Shown here in pieces: positions 1 to 7,802 of a stretch of 41,343 nt of DNA. The notes beneath the pieces are model-generated. The model was not told where the DNA came from, did not search any database, and saw only the letters and a program-made list of their open reading frames with translations. The DNA lies in the IMG/VR virus record IMGVR_UViG_3300031110_000004; one strand, written 5' to 3'. Origin of the DNA: a virus. The translations under genes were made by a program, and so were the position numbers. Each line of letters opens with the position of its first letter. Within the stretch, counting starts at the first letter, position 1.

Positions 1-127
1 GACGAACAGACTGGGAAGGAGAGTTCACCCGCATCAACGACGCTGATGGTTCGCTTGTGGGAATTGATGACTGAGCTGTACGGCCACAAGTGGACCAGCG
101 TGCACGGCCTGGGCGACGACTCGGGGA
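1..127. repeat. Terminal overlap, identical to 41217-41343; implies a circular or circularly permuted unit of about 41216 bp
   Basis: Read directly. Both copies run gacgaacagactggg...gacgactcgggga. A 127-nt length is typical of an assembler k-mer overlap. Confidence 0.9.
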
Positions 128-657
128 ACTGGGGGAAGATCTTCTCGGGCATCAACGGGCAGCAGCTTGCGACGGGCGTTCGTGCCTGGACCTCGCAGCC
201 GGGAGAGTTGGCCAAGTGGCCGCCGGGCGCCGTCGAGCTTCGTGAGCTGTGCCGTGTTGGTGCAGCGTCGGAGATACCGGACGTGGCCATGGCATGGCGT
301 GAAGCCGTCAACGCCAGCACTGACCCGACGCAGTGGAAGTTCAGCCACCCGATCGTGCAGGAGGCCGGACGACTGACGGACTGGTACAGCATCCGCCATG
401 GCATCCCGAAGGCTGAGACGGTGCAGGGCAGGTTCAACAAGCGCTATGCGGATCTGGTGGCCAAGCTGAACCGCGGCGAGCCACTGGTCGACGGACAACT
501 GCAGATCGGCATGGACGCAGCACAAGGCGAGCTGGAGAAATCCGACCATGCCAATGACTGGCTGGTGAAGCAAAGGATCAAGGACCAGGGCCTTGATCGA
601 AAATCAACCGATGAGCTACGCGCCGAGATGCGCGCCAAGCTGGGGATCAAGCGATGA
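46..657 (+). CDS. Replication protein P-like (host DnaB helicase loader)
   Basis: 203 aa. Lies directly after the replisome-organiser gene across the circular junction, with a 29-nt overlap (ATG also at 41262). Segments ...AKLNRGEPL... and ...RAKLGIKR resemble lambda P. Stop overlaps the next start (ATGA). Confidence 0.7.
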   Translation: MVRLWELMTELYGHKWTSVHGLGDDSGNWGKIFSGINGQQLATGVRAWTSQPGELAKWPPGAVELRELCRVGAASEIPDVAMAWREAVNASTDPTQWKFSHPIVQEAGRLTDWYSIRHGIPKAETVQGRFNKRYADLVAKLNRGEPLVDGQLQIGMDAAQGELEKSDHANDWLVKQRIKDQGLDRKSTDELRAEMRAKLGIKR

Positions 658-830
658 AACCAAAGATCCGGAGAAAACCACACCTCAGGCGCGTAATCCG
701 AACTGACTTCGTCCAGGCGCTCTGGAAGTGCACCGGCCCGAACATGTTCGGCAACGACATAATCGGCTATGGCAAGACGCCGGCCGCCGCTTACAACGAC
801 TGGAAGCTTTACTTCGATTTTCCATTCTGA
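654..830 (+). CDS. Hypothetical small protein (58 aa), below the ORF-track cutoff
   Basis: ATG 654 overlaps the previous stop (gcgATGAaa). Hand translation: MKPKIRRKPHLRRVIRTDFVQALWKCTGPNMFGNDIIGYGKTPAAAYNDWKLYFDFPF. Stop at 828-830. Confidence 0.45.
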   Translation: MKPKIRRKPHLRRVIRTDFVQALWKCTGPNMFGNDIIGYGKTPAAAYNDWKLYFDFPF

Positions 831-854
831 CCAACCAAAGACCGGAGCAAGACC

Positions 855-1490
855 ATGACCAAAGACCAACTGCCACAACTGAAAGATCCGCTGCCAATGC
901 CTACCGTAAAGGCGCCGAATGGAGCATCCAAGATCGAGCAGACCCGGCACGACCTGTATGGCGCCCTGGCGAAGATCCGCAAGGCCAAGAAGCACCCCAA
1001 GGCCACCGATGCGCTGGAGACTGCGCTCGAGGAGCACCTGGAGGAGCTGCAGCGTTTCGAGTATCCAGACCTGAAGCGCCGACTGGCCGAGATGACCAAG
1101 GAGCGCGACGACTGCCAAGAGCGCATGCGCGCCGTGGACGAGGCCTATCGCAAGTCGCAGGAGGCGTTGGTGATCGCAGGGGATGAGCTGCGCCGCGTAC
1201 AGGCCGTTGCCAAGGACTGCCTTGATGCCGAGAAGCTCGCTGACGACCTCGGCGAAAAGCTCGGCGCCGCAACCGCTGTCATCGGCCAGCAAGAACAGCT
1301 CATCGCCGGCCAGCGCAAGGCCATCGCCGACATGCACAACGAGCTGGTGCACCGGCGGGTGATCGGCAAGGCCTTCATGCAGGCAAGGCTGGCATTCGTG
1401 GCGCTTGATGAGGCACTACACGAGGCACCGCAGAGCAAGGCTGTTCGGGCGTTTGGCGATGACATCGCTGATGCGGAGGTGACTTTCTGA
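855..1490 (+). CDS. Hypothetical coiled-coil protein (211 aa)
   Basis: ATG preceded by GGAGcaagacc. Long heptad-like charged sequence. Fills the gap and couples to the next gene (TGATG). Confidence 0.7.
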   Translation: MTKDQLPQLKDPLPMPTVKAPNGASKIEQTRHDLYGALAKIRKAKKHPKATDALETALEEHLEELQRFEYPDLKRRLAEMTKERDDCQERMRAVDEAYRKSQEALVIAGDELRRVQAVAKDCLDAEKLADDLGEKLGAATAVIGQQEQLIAGQRKAIADMHNELVHRRVIGKAFMQARLAFVALDEALHEAPQSKAVRAFGDDIADAEVTF

Positions 1491-1732
1491 TGGACACCAA
1501 CAAGATGCGCGCGCAGTTCGAAAAACAGTTTGAGGAATTTTTCGTCGAGTACGAGAAGAAGCGCGAAGCCAATGGCTGGATGCCGCTTGAAACCCACGTC
1601 GTGGTGCACATGCGGAACGCTTGGGTCGCCTCCCGCGAGGCCGTGGTGGTGGAGCTGCCCGATCATTTCCGTCCGAGCAGGGAAGAAGTAATCGCGGCAA
1701 TCCAAGCCCAGGGCCTGAAGGTGGCGCCATGA
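1490..1732 (+). CDS. Hypothetical protein (80 aa)
   Basis: ATG shares its A with the previous TGA. Stop overlaps the next ATG. Confidence 0.6.
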   Translation: MDTNKMRAQFEKQFEEFFVEYEKKREANGWMPLETHVVVHMRNAWVASREAVVVELPDHFRPSREEVIAAIQAQGLKVAP

Positions 1733-1863
1733 AGCGCGTATGGACAATCCAAGTCCCAGGCTTCAGCCCGTTCTCGATGGTGCTGATGGATGGGCCGCAG
1801 GACCACGCCGGGGCGCTGCGTGAGGCGCAATTGATCTGGCCGCTGTGTGAGGTGAAGCCATGA
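1729..1863 (+). CDS. Hypothetical small protein (44 aa)
   Basis: Internal ATG of track ORF 1621..1863, sitting in an ATGA overlap with the previous stop. Sequence MKRVWTIQVPGFSPFSMVLMDGPQDHAGALREAQLIWPLCEVKP. Stop overlaps the next ATG. Confidence 0.4.
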   Translation: MKRVWTIQVPGFSPFSMVLMDGPQDHAGALREAQLIWPLCEVKP

Positions 1864-2168
1864 CACGTCAGGAGAAATTCGAGATCCACTATGCCGGCCA
1901 GCACGACCTACCAGTCGAAACGCTTGCCCAGTACCGCTGGCTGCACCAGGACGGGTATCGGCTGCCGGGGATCGCGGGGGCGTACCGGAGTTTCTGCGCG
2001 GGATGGGATGCGCAAGTACCAACGATCGATGCGCTGCTTAACCACTGCGACAAGGACAATGGCGAATGCCATCAGTGCAGCGCGATAATCTGCCCTCACC
2101 ATGACGGAATGCATTTTCATCATGACGGCTGCCCGAGCTGCGCGCAGGCTGAAGGAGAACAGCAATGA
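1860..2168 (+). CDS. Hypothetical Cys/His-rich protein (102 aa)
   Basis: C-terminal CDKDNGECHQCSAIICPHHDGMHFHHDGCPSC suggests metal binding. ATGA coupling at both ends. Confidence 0.65.
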   Translation: MTRQEKFEIHYAGQHDLPVETLAQYRWLHQDGYRLPGIAGAYRSFCAGWDAQVPTIDALLNHCDKDNGECHQCSAIICPHHDGMHFHHDGCPSCAQAEGEQQ

Positions 2169-2755
2169 CTATCGAAAAAGACAAGCTTCGGGAAATGGCC
2201 AAGGCCTGCGGAAACTTCAACTGGAGGTTTCTTCAGGACAAATGGACCGAGTACGCCATTCGAGATGACCACGCTTATATCGCCAATATGCGCGTAGGAA
2301 GCCCGAAGCATTCCGGGCCATGCCCAGAGCGCGAGGCAAAGGCAAAGTTTCTTGGTGAAATGACGCCGACCACTGTTCTTGCACTTCTGGATGAGATCTC
2401 TGCTCTGCAGCACCAGGTATCCGCAGGTAAGGCGCGGGAATGGGACATAAACAACCAGTACATGACAGCTCGTGAGTCGAAGATTAAGACCATGCTCTCT
2501 AACCGCGCATTGCGTGCTCAGCGAGACGAGCTCAAGGCCGAGAACGAGGTGCTGCGCAAGCAGAATGAGGAACTTCCAAAAACGATCCAGGCTCAGCTTG
2601 AGGCGTTTCTTGTTGAGGCAAAGCGGGATGCCGAGCGGTATCGGTGGATCACGGAGAACGCCGACGTCGATTGCCGAGGGCATGAGATGGGTCGTGAATA
2701 CGGCAGCTTGGATGAATGCATAGACGCGGCCATGGCCAAGGAGAAAGGCCAATGA
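2165..2755 (+). CDS. Ead/Ea22-like protein (196 aa)
   Basis: N-terminal ...KLREMAKACG..., central coiled coil and C-terminal ...RYRWI... fit my recollection of lambdoid Ead/Ea22-like early proteins. Position in the nin-like region supports this. Confidence 0.55.
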   Translation: MTIEKDKLREMAKACGNFNWRFLQDKWTEYAIRDDHAYIANMRVGSPKHSGPCPEREAKAKFLGEMTPTTVLALLDEISALQHQVSAGKAREWDINNQYMTARESKIKTMLSNRALRAQRDELKAENEVLRKQNEELPKTIQAQLEAFLVEAKRDAERYRWITENADVDCRGHEMGREYGSLDECIDAAMAKEKGQ

Positions 2756-3147
2756 GCATCGAAATGACGCTTGCCTTCGTCCGCGCATCGGTCCAGCGTG
2801 CCGAGCACCAAGGCGACAAAACCGTCGAGCTGAACGTGATGGACATGCTCGAGCTGCTGCCAAAAGTCGAATCGAACCTGCACCATGAGCGCGCCGAAAA
2901 GCCGATGAAGCGGATCGGCTGGGTCAGCCCAGGCTCGGTAATCGGCATGTTTTCAGCCAAGCGCGGTAAGCGTGGCGCCAGGCTGCTCCGGTTCAAGACG
3001 CCTGAGAACAACATGGAGGTCTTCTACTGCGACAACCTGGGCGAGAAGGCCAGAGAGTCTGAGCAGTTGGTGGCGGCGCGTGACGCGAAGGAAGAAGAAA
3101 AGGCCAAGGAGGCGGTAGACGAAGCGTTGAACCGTATGCGCGAATGA
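2752..3147 (+). CDS. Hypothetical protein (131 aa)
   Basis: ATG 2752 in an ATGA overlap. The track ORF start at 2716 lies inside the previous gene. Basic middle, acidic coiled-coil tail. Confidence 0.6.
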   Translation: MSIEMTLAFVRASVQRAEHQGDKTVELNVMDMLELLPKVESNLHHERAEKPMKRIGWVSPGSVIGMFSAKRGKRGARLLRFKTPENNMEVFYCDNLGEKARESEQLVAARDAKEEEKAKEAVDEALNRMRE

Positions 3148-3689
3148 TGGATCTTTTCGAAGAGCCGTCCAAGGACCTTTCGGATCAGGCCGTGCTGATC
3201 GTTGTGGAGGGGCAGCCAAAAGGTAAAGGCCGCTCCAGGCATTCGGTTCAAGGTGGATTCGTCAGGGTCTATACGCCGCAAGATACACGCGATTACGAAC
3301 TGGCAATCCAGATGGAGGTGGCCCGCACGCTTTACGGTCAGCAGATGGCAGAGCAGATCTGGGGCCTTCGAAAACTTCCGGCAAAGGATATGTTCCTGAT
3401 GCTGCAGTTCGTTCCGCGCTTCACTGGCCCAGTCCGGTTCGAGATGGAGATTCGTCACTCGATCCGGGAGTCGTGGAACAAGGCGAAGAAGGCCGGCGCT
3501 GCGGATGGATCAATCGCGCCGACCATCAAGCCCGACGCCGACAACGTGAAAAAAGTTTTCTGGGACGCCTTCAACGGCTGTATGTGGGTCGACGACACCC
3601 AGGTCGTCGAATGGTCGGGCCGCAAGGTGTTCTCGGAAAGCCCGGGCGTCACCGTCACCGTCACGCCGCTTGATTTGCAGTCAGCGTGA
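3144..3689 (+). CDS. rusA: RusA-family Holliday junction resolvase
   Basis: 181 aa. Motif ...KPDADNVKKVFWDAFNGCMWVDDTQV... matches the RusA catalytic Asp cluster. Typical position at the end of a lambdoid nin region. Confidence 0.88.
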   Translation: MMDLFEEPSKDLSDQAVLIVVEGQPKGKGRSRHSVQGGFVRVYTPQDTRDYELAIQMEVARTLYGQQMAEQIWGLRKLPAKDMFLMLQFVPRFTGPVRFEMEIRHSIRESWNKAKKAGAADGSIAPTIKPDADNVKKVFWDAFNGCMWVDDTQVVEWSGRKVFSESPGVTVTVTPLDLQSA

Positions 3690-3699
3690 CCCGTATCAT
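3670..3699 (+). promoter_or_regulatory. Candidate sigma70-type promoter for the late-operon leader
   Basis: TTGATT (3670-3675), 18-nt spacer, TATCAT (3694-3699), overlapping the rusA stop. Confidence 0.35.
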
Positions 3700-3884
3700 T
3701 CCCCGGCAGGCGGCGTTTTGGTCTTCGCCGGGGTCTCACGGTCTCCATACCTGCCGAGTGGTTCACGTTACGAACCTGCAATGCCACGTCAGTGCCCTGA
3801 TACCTGGAATGGGGAAACGGCCGGATCTGAAGAAGTGGAAGCGCCTGATCAGCGACCAAGCTTTTTTCGGAAAAGGTAACGAAT

Positions 3885-3915
3885 GCTGGTTCGAATCCAG
3901 CCGGCGAGGGCTCCA
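3885..3915 (+). other. tRNA-like 3' fragment (T-arm plus acceptor strand), not an intact tRNA
   Basis: GCTGG-TTCGAAT-CCAGC is a perfect T-arm. It is followed by CGGCGAG and ...CTCCA. No D or anticodon arm could be built upstream. Confidence 0.45.
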
Positions 3916-3956
3916 AATTTTGGTATGATTGCCCAATCAAGACCGAGGGCAAGACC

Positions 3957-4040
3957 ATGAACGAACTCGAAGAAGCCATCCAAGACCTCGAACTCGAAGC
4001 CGCCGAAGAGGCAGTGCTTGACGATCTGGGGGATGAGTAG
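3957..4040 (+). CDS. Possible 27-aa acidic leader peptide
   Basis: GAGGGcaagaccATG context. MNELEEAIQDLELEAAEEAVLDDLGDE, stop TAG 4038-4040. Very short, so uncertain. Confidence 0.25.
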   Translation: MNELEEAIQDLELEAAEEAVLDDLGDE

Positions 4041-4130
4041 CAATCTGCTCATGCTTTGCGTGGGACGCTTAAACCACGACACACCCGGGAAGCGCGGGCA
4101 AGAGCGCCGACAGCTAAGAGTTCGGAAATA

Positions 4131-4162
4131 AAGCCCCGCCCTAACCCGGTGGGGCTTTTTTG
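4131..4162 (+). terminator. Strong intrinsic terminator upstream of terS
   Basis: AAGCCCCGCC (4131-4140), loop CTAACCC, GGTGGGGCTT (4148-4157), then a T tract TTTTTTGTG. Confidence 0.8.
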
Positions 4163-4224
4163 TGGGCGTGATAAACTCGCCAGCGTCAACCGATTTTTTC
4201 ACGGAACTTTCAGAGACCAAGACC

Positions 4225-4686
4225 ATGGCCAAAGAATCCTTGCGACTTACCCCAGAGCAACAGGCCCTATTCGACAAGCTGACCAGCCTGCAAAAGCGGG
4301 TCTGCATCAACGTGCTCAATGGCATGAACCAGCGACAGGCCTACAAGGAAGCAGGGGGGAAAGCGAAGGAAACAGCGCTTGACAACATAGTCAGCGTCAT
4401 GATGAAAAATACTAAAGTCAAAGCTTTCATGGATGAAATGTATTCATACGACCTGAACCAGACCATCATGGGCAGGGATGAGGCGCTTCAGATCATGTCT
4501 GGGTTTGCCCGAGCGCCCGGGGTGACCAAGCGAGATCGCATCCGTTCCGTTGAGCGACTGGCCAAGATGCAGGGCTGGGATGCGGCCCAGAAGCATGACC
4601 TCACCGGGCACATCCTCACGTCCGAGGTTCCGCTTACTGAGGCCCAGCAGGCGCTCCTGGACAAAGCCCTCGAAGACGACGTATGA
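4225..4686 (+). CDS. terS: Terminase small subunit
   Basis: 153 aa from ATG 4225; the track start 4162 is a GTG inside the terminator. LTPEQQALFDKL...NQRQAYKEAGGKAKETA...MKNTKVKAF resembles the Terminase_2 HTH region. ATGA overlap with terL. Confidence 0.8.
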   Translation: MAKESLRLTPEQQALFDKLTSLQKRVCINVLNGMNQRQAYKEAGGKAKETALDNIVSVMMKNTKVKAFMDEMYSYDLNQTIMGRDEALQIMSGFARAPGVTKRDRIRSVERLAKMQGWDAAQKHDLTGHILTSEVPLTEAQQALLDKALEDDV

Positions 4687-6218
4687 CCGCCCAGGCCAAG
4701 ATCCCGCCCATCACCCCACAGCAGATGCTCACGCGCATCAGGGAGAAGTGCGAGGAGAGTTTTACGTTCTATGCCAGGTACATGTTCAAGGCGCGCAAGA
4801 GCGTCAAGTTCGCATTCAGCGAGCACCACCAGGTCATCTGTGACGACCTCGAGGCCATATACCGCGGCGAGATCCAGAACTACATCCTGAACATGCCGCC
4901 GCGGTACTCGAAGACCGAGCTGGTGATCGTGCTGTTCGCTTCATGGTGCTTCATGAAGAACCCTCGCTGCGAGTTCCTGCACCTTTCCTACGCGGACAAG
5001 CTGGTGAAGCGGAACTCCGAGGGTATCCGCTCGATCGTCACGTCTGCCGAGTTCCGCCAGCTCTGGCCCGAGATCACCATCTCCGGGCACACCTCATCCA
5101 AAGATGCCTGGGCAACCGCGCAGGGCGGCGTGTTCATGGCTGCCCCGTCCGGCGGTTCTGTTACCGGCTTCGGCGCCGGGCGCATGGATGAGTGGGACGA
5201 AGAGACCGAGGAGTTCAACTTCTCTGGCGCCCTGATGATCGATGACCCGCTCAAGCCCAAGGACTACAAGCACGAGACCATCAGGGAAGAGGTCAACACC
5301 AACTGGGACGAGACGATCAAGAGCCGGCGTAACAGCCCGCGCACGCCGACCATTGTGGTCATGCAGCGGATCGGCGAGAAGGACTTCACGGCCTACCTGC
5401 TGGCCGACACCGAGATGCAATGGTTCCACCGCTGCATGCCAGCGCTGATCGACGAGGGCCTCCCAACGGAGCGCGCTCTGTGGCCGGCCAAGCACTCGGT
5501 CGAAAAGCTCAAGGCCATGCGCGACAAGAAGAACGACCGCGGCGAGATCAACCCCGTGGCCAGGGCCATGTTCAACAGCCAGATGCAGCAGCGGCCGAGC
5601 AGTCTGGAGGGCAACCTGCTCAAGTCGCACTGGTGGCGCTACTACGCCAGCAAGGAGGAGGTCATGCAGCGGTGTACGTTCTTCTTCTTCGTGGCTGACA
5701 CGGCCTACACCAAGAACAACGCCAATGACCCATCGGCCCTGCAGCTGTGGGGCGCAGAGCGCGGCCGGCGTCTCTACCTTATTGACCGAGTCTCCGCACA
5801 CTGGGAGTTCCCGGACCTGCTGATCGGCGCGGACAAGTTCTGGAAGAGCAAGGATGATGCACAGCGGATGTACATCGAGGCCAAGGCTAGCGGCCTCAGC
5901 CTGATCCAGTCCCTGCGCAAGCGCGGGATCCGGGCTGTGGCGTGGAAGCCAAAGGATTACGGCTACCCTGACGACAAGGTCGGCCGCGTGAAGGAGGCAT
6001 CCTGGAACATCTTCAGCGGTGATGTTTGGCTGCCAGATCCAGAGATTGAGCCATGGGTTGAGCAGGTGGTCGACCAGTGCTCGGCCTTCACCACCGACGA
6101 CTCTCACGCGCATGACGACGATGTAGACTGCATCACCATGGCCGTTTCGGTCTGGACAAAATACGGCGGAGGCACCCAACGTGTCGAAGAAGAGAACGAA
6201 AAACGGCCGGCAGCGTAG
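4683..6218 (+). CDS. terL: Terminase large subunit
   Basis: 511 aa. N-terminal ATPase region, acidic nuclease motifs (...MIDDPLKP..., ...HDDDVDCITMAV). Sits between terS and the portal. Confidence 0.92.
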   Translation: MTAQAKIPPITPQQMLTRIREKCEESFTFYARYMFKARKSVKFAFSEHHQVICDDLEAIYRGEIQNYILNMPPRYSKTELVIVLFASWCFMKNPRCEFLHLSYADKLVKRNSEGIRSIVTSAEFRQLWPEITISGHTSSKDAWATAQGGVFMAAPSGGSVTGFGAGRMDEWDEETEEFNFSGALMIDDPLKPKDYKHETIREEVNTNWDETIKSRRNSPRTPTIVVMQRIGEKDFTAYLLADTEMQWFHRCMPALIDEGLPTERALWPAKHSVEKLKAMRDKKNDRGEINPVARAMFNSQMQQRPSSLEGNLLKSHWWRYYASKEEVMQRCTFFFFVADTAYTKNNANDPSALQLWGAERGRRLYLIDRVSAHWEFPDLLIGADKFWKSKDDAQRMYIEAKASGLSLIQSLRKRGIRAVAWKPKDYGYPDDKVGRVKEASWNIFSGDVWLPDPEIEPWVEQVVDQCSAFTTDDSHAHDDDVDCITMAVSVWTKYGGGTQRVEEENEKRPAA

Positions 6219-7614
6219 CGCTCCGAGCAAGGGCGTGCAGAGCGCCAAGGTCACGAACAACGTCGGGCGATTCTCCGGCATCGGGTCCGAGTTTGATTAC
6301 GGGCAATTCCAAGAGCCGGCAACCGCCCGGCTCTCGCCGTTTCAGCAAGACAAGTTTGTCGTCGACCTGTACTTCAGCGACTGGGCTTCGAAGAAGGGGA
6401 TCTGCATCCCGGTCGACGACCAGCTCCGCGATGGCTGGAAGTACGAAGGCCTGAGCGATGAGCAGTCGGCCCTGATGGTCACCTTCGGCGACTCGCTCAG
6501 CGTGCTCGAGAAGTTCAAGCAGGCCATGCGCCTGGAGCGGCTGATCGGCGGGTGCGTCATCTTCATGGGGATTGCCGATGGCGCTGCCGACCCATGCGAG
6601 CCGGTTAACTTCGAAGCGCTTGGGAAGGGCTGCCTGAAGTTCATCAACGTGATTCCGCGCACCAGGGTGACGAACACCACCATCGACTGGGACCCGCTGT
6701 CCCCGACCTATGGCGACCCGCTGACCTACTGGGTGAATGGTATCCAGGTGCACCGCGACCGCCTGATCCTGTTCAAGGGTGATCCGCTGCTGCAGGCCCC
6801 AGACTCGAGCATCATGCCGAGCCAGTGGATCCGCAACGACGGGTTCGGTGTGTCTGTTCTGATGTCCATGCTCGACGACCTGACCCGGGCAACCGGATCG
6901 CGCCAGGCCGCCTATCAGCTTGTGCAGCGCGCCAGCGTGTTTCTGTTCCAGGCCGACACCATGGACCTCGAGGCGACGAAGCAAGGCCAGGGCGCGCTCA
7001 AGAAGATGCAGGACATCGTCAACCAGATAAACCTGTTCCGGGGCGCCGTGGTTGACAGGCAGCCGGGCGACTCCGACCCGATCACCACCATCAGCCCGTC
7101 CTTCGGCAGCGTGCCCGAGCTGGTCATGACGTTCATGCAGGTGCTGGCGGCGGCGTTCGACATCCCAGGTAGTCGTTTCTTCAGCCAGGCCCCGGGCGGC
7201 CTGAACGCCGGCGACGGCGGTACGTCGCTCGAGAACTACTATGGAGGCCTTGAGGCCAAGCGCCGGCAAGAGCTGCGCCCGCGCCTGATGAAGTGGCTGA
7301 AGGTGGCCGGGCCGTCCGTTCTGGGCGATGAATATTCTCCCGTGGACATCGATGTCGTCTTCGAGCCGCTGTGGTCCCTGAGCGAGCTGGAGCAATCCCA
7401 GGTGCGCACCGCTGACGTGGCCAACGTCATCGCCCTGCAGACTGCCCAGCTCATCAGCGATGCTGAAGCCCTTGACGAGCTCAAGCAGCGTGACGCCCTG
7501 AAGGTCGAGATCAAACCAGAGCTGATCGAGGAGGGGGGTGAGGAATCGACCAAGACACCAGAAGAGCTTGAGGCAGAGCTGGCCGCCAACATCGCCGCAT
7601 TGGGTGCGCCATGA
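6181..7614 (+). CDS. Portal protein (DUF1073-type)
   Basis: 477 aa. GTG start behind GGCGGAGG, overlapping the terL end. Size, position and acidic C-terminus fit a portal. Confidence 0.85.
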   Translation: MSKKRTKNGRQRSAPSKGVQSAKVTNNVGRFSGIGSEFDYGQFQEPATARLSPFQQDKFVVDLYFSDWASKKGICIPVDDQLRDGWKYEGLSDEQSALMVTFGDSLSVLEKFKQAMRLERLIGGCVIFMGIADGAADPCEPVNFEALGKGCLKFINVIPRTRVTNTTIDWDPLSPTYGDPLTYWVNGIQVHRDRLILFKGDPLLQAPDSSIMPSQWIRNDGFGVSVLMSMLDDLTRATGSRQAAYQLVQRASVFLFQADTMDLEATKQGQGALKKMQDIVNQINLFRGAVVDRQPGDSDPITTISPSFGSVPELVMTFMQVLAAAFDIPGSRFFSQAPGGLNAGDGGTSLENYYGGLEAKRRQELRPRLMKWLKVAGPSVLGDEYSPVDIDVVFEPLWSLSELEQSQVRTADVANVIALQTAQLISDAEALDELKQRDALKVEIKPELIEEGGEESTKTPEELEAELAANIAALGAP

Positions 7615-7802
7615 CCTGCCTGCGCTGTGAGGTGGTCCGGGCCAAGATCATCGCCACCGGCATGGCCGGACTTCGCAAGAATGGCCAGCAGATCGTTGCC
7701 GAACTCTGCGGCCGCTATGGCGATGTGTACTTCCTGCAGGGCCTGCGCGTGATGCGCAAGTCCTATCCTGAAGACATCTTCATCATCGAGGTGCGGAGAT
7801 GA
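7611..7802 (+). CDS. Hypothetical protein (63 aa)
   Basis: ATGA overlaps at both ends, between the portal and MuF-like genes. Confidence 0.5.
   Translation: MTCLRCEVVRAKIIATGMAGLRKNGQQIVAELCGRYGDVYFLQGLRVMRKSYPEDIFIIEVRR

Noticed and set aside
1-127. Terminal repeat as a biological direct terminal repeat (T7-like).
   Set aside because: The length equals a common assembler k-mer, and a gene runs seamlessly across the junction. It cannot be excluded without read-level data.
3701-3733. Hairpin CCCCGGC...GCCGGGG just after rusA, considered as a terminator.
   Set aside because: The loop is 19 nt and there is no downstream U tract. It also overlaps the predicted transcription start of the leader promoter.
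3724-3915. Possible intact tRNA or tmRNA gene.
   Set aside because: Only the T-arm and acceptor 3' strand are present. No D-arm or anticodon arm can be drawn within normal tRNA length, and 190 nt is too short for a tmRNA. It is reported as a fragment instead.
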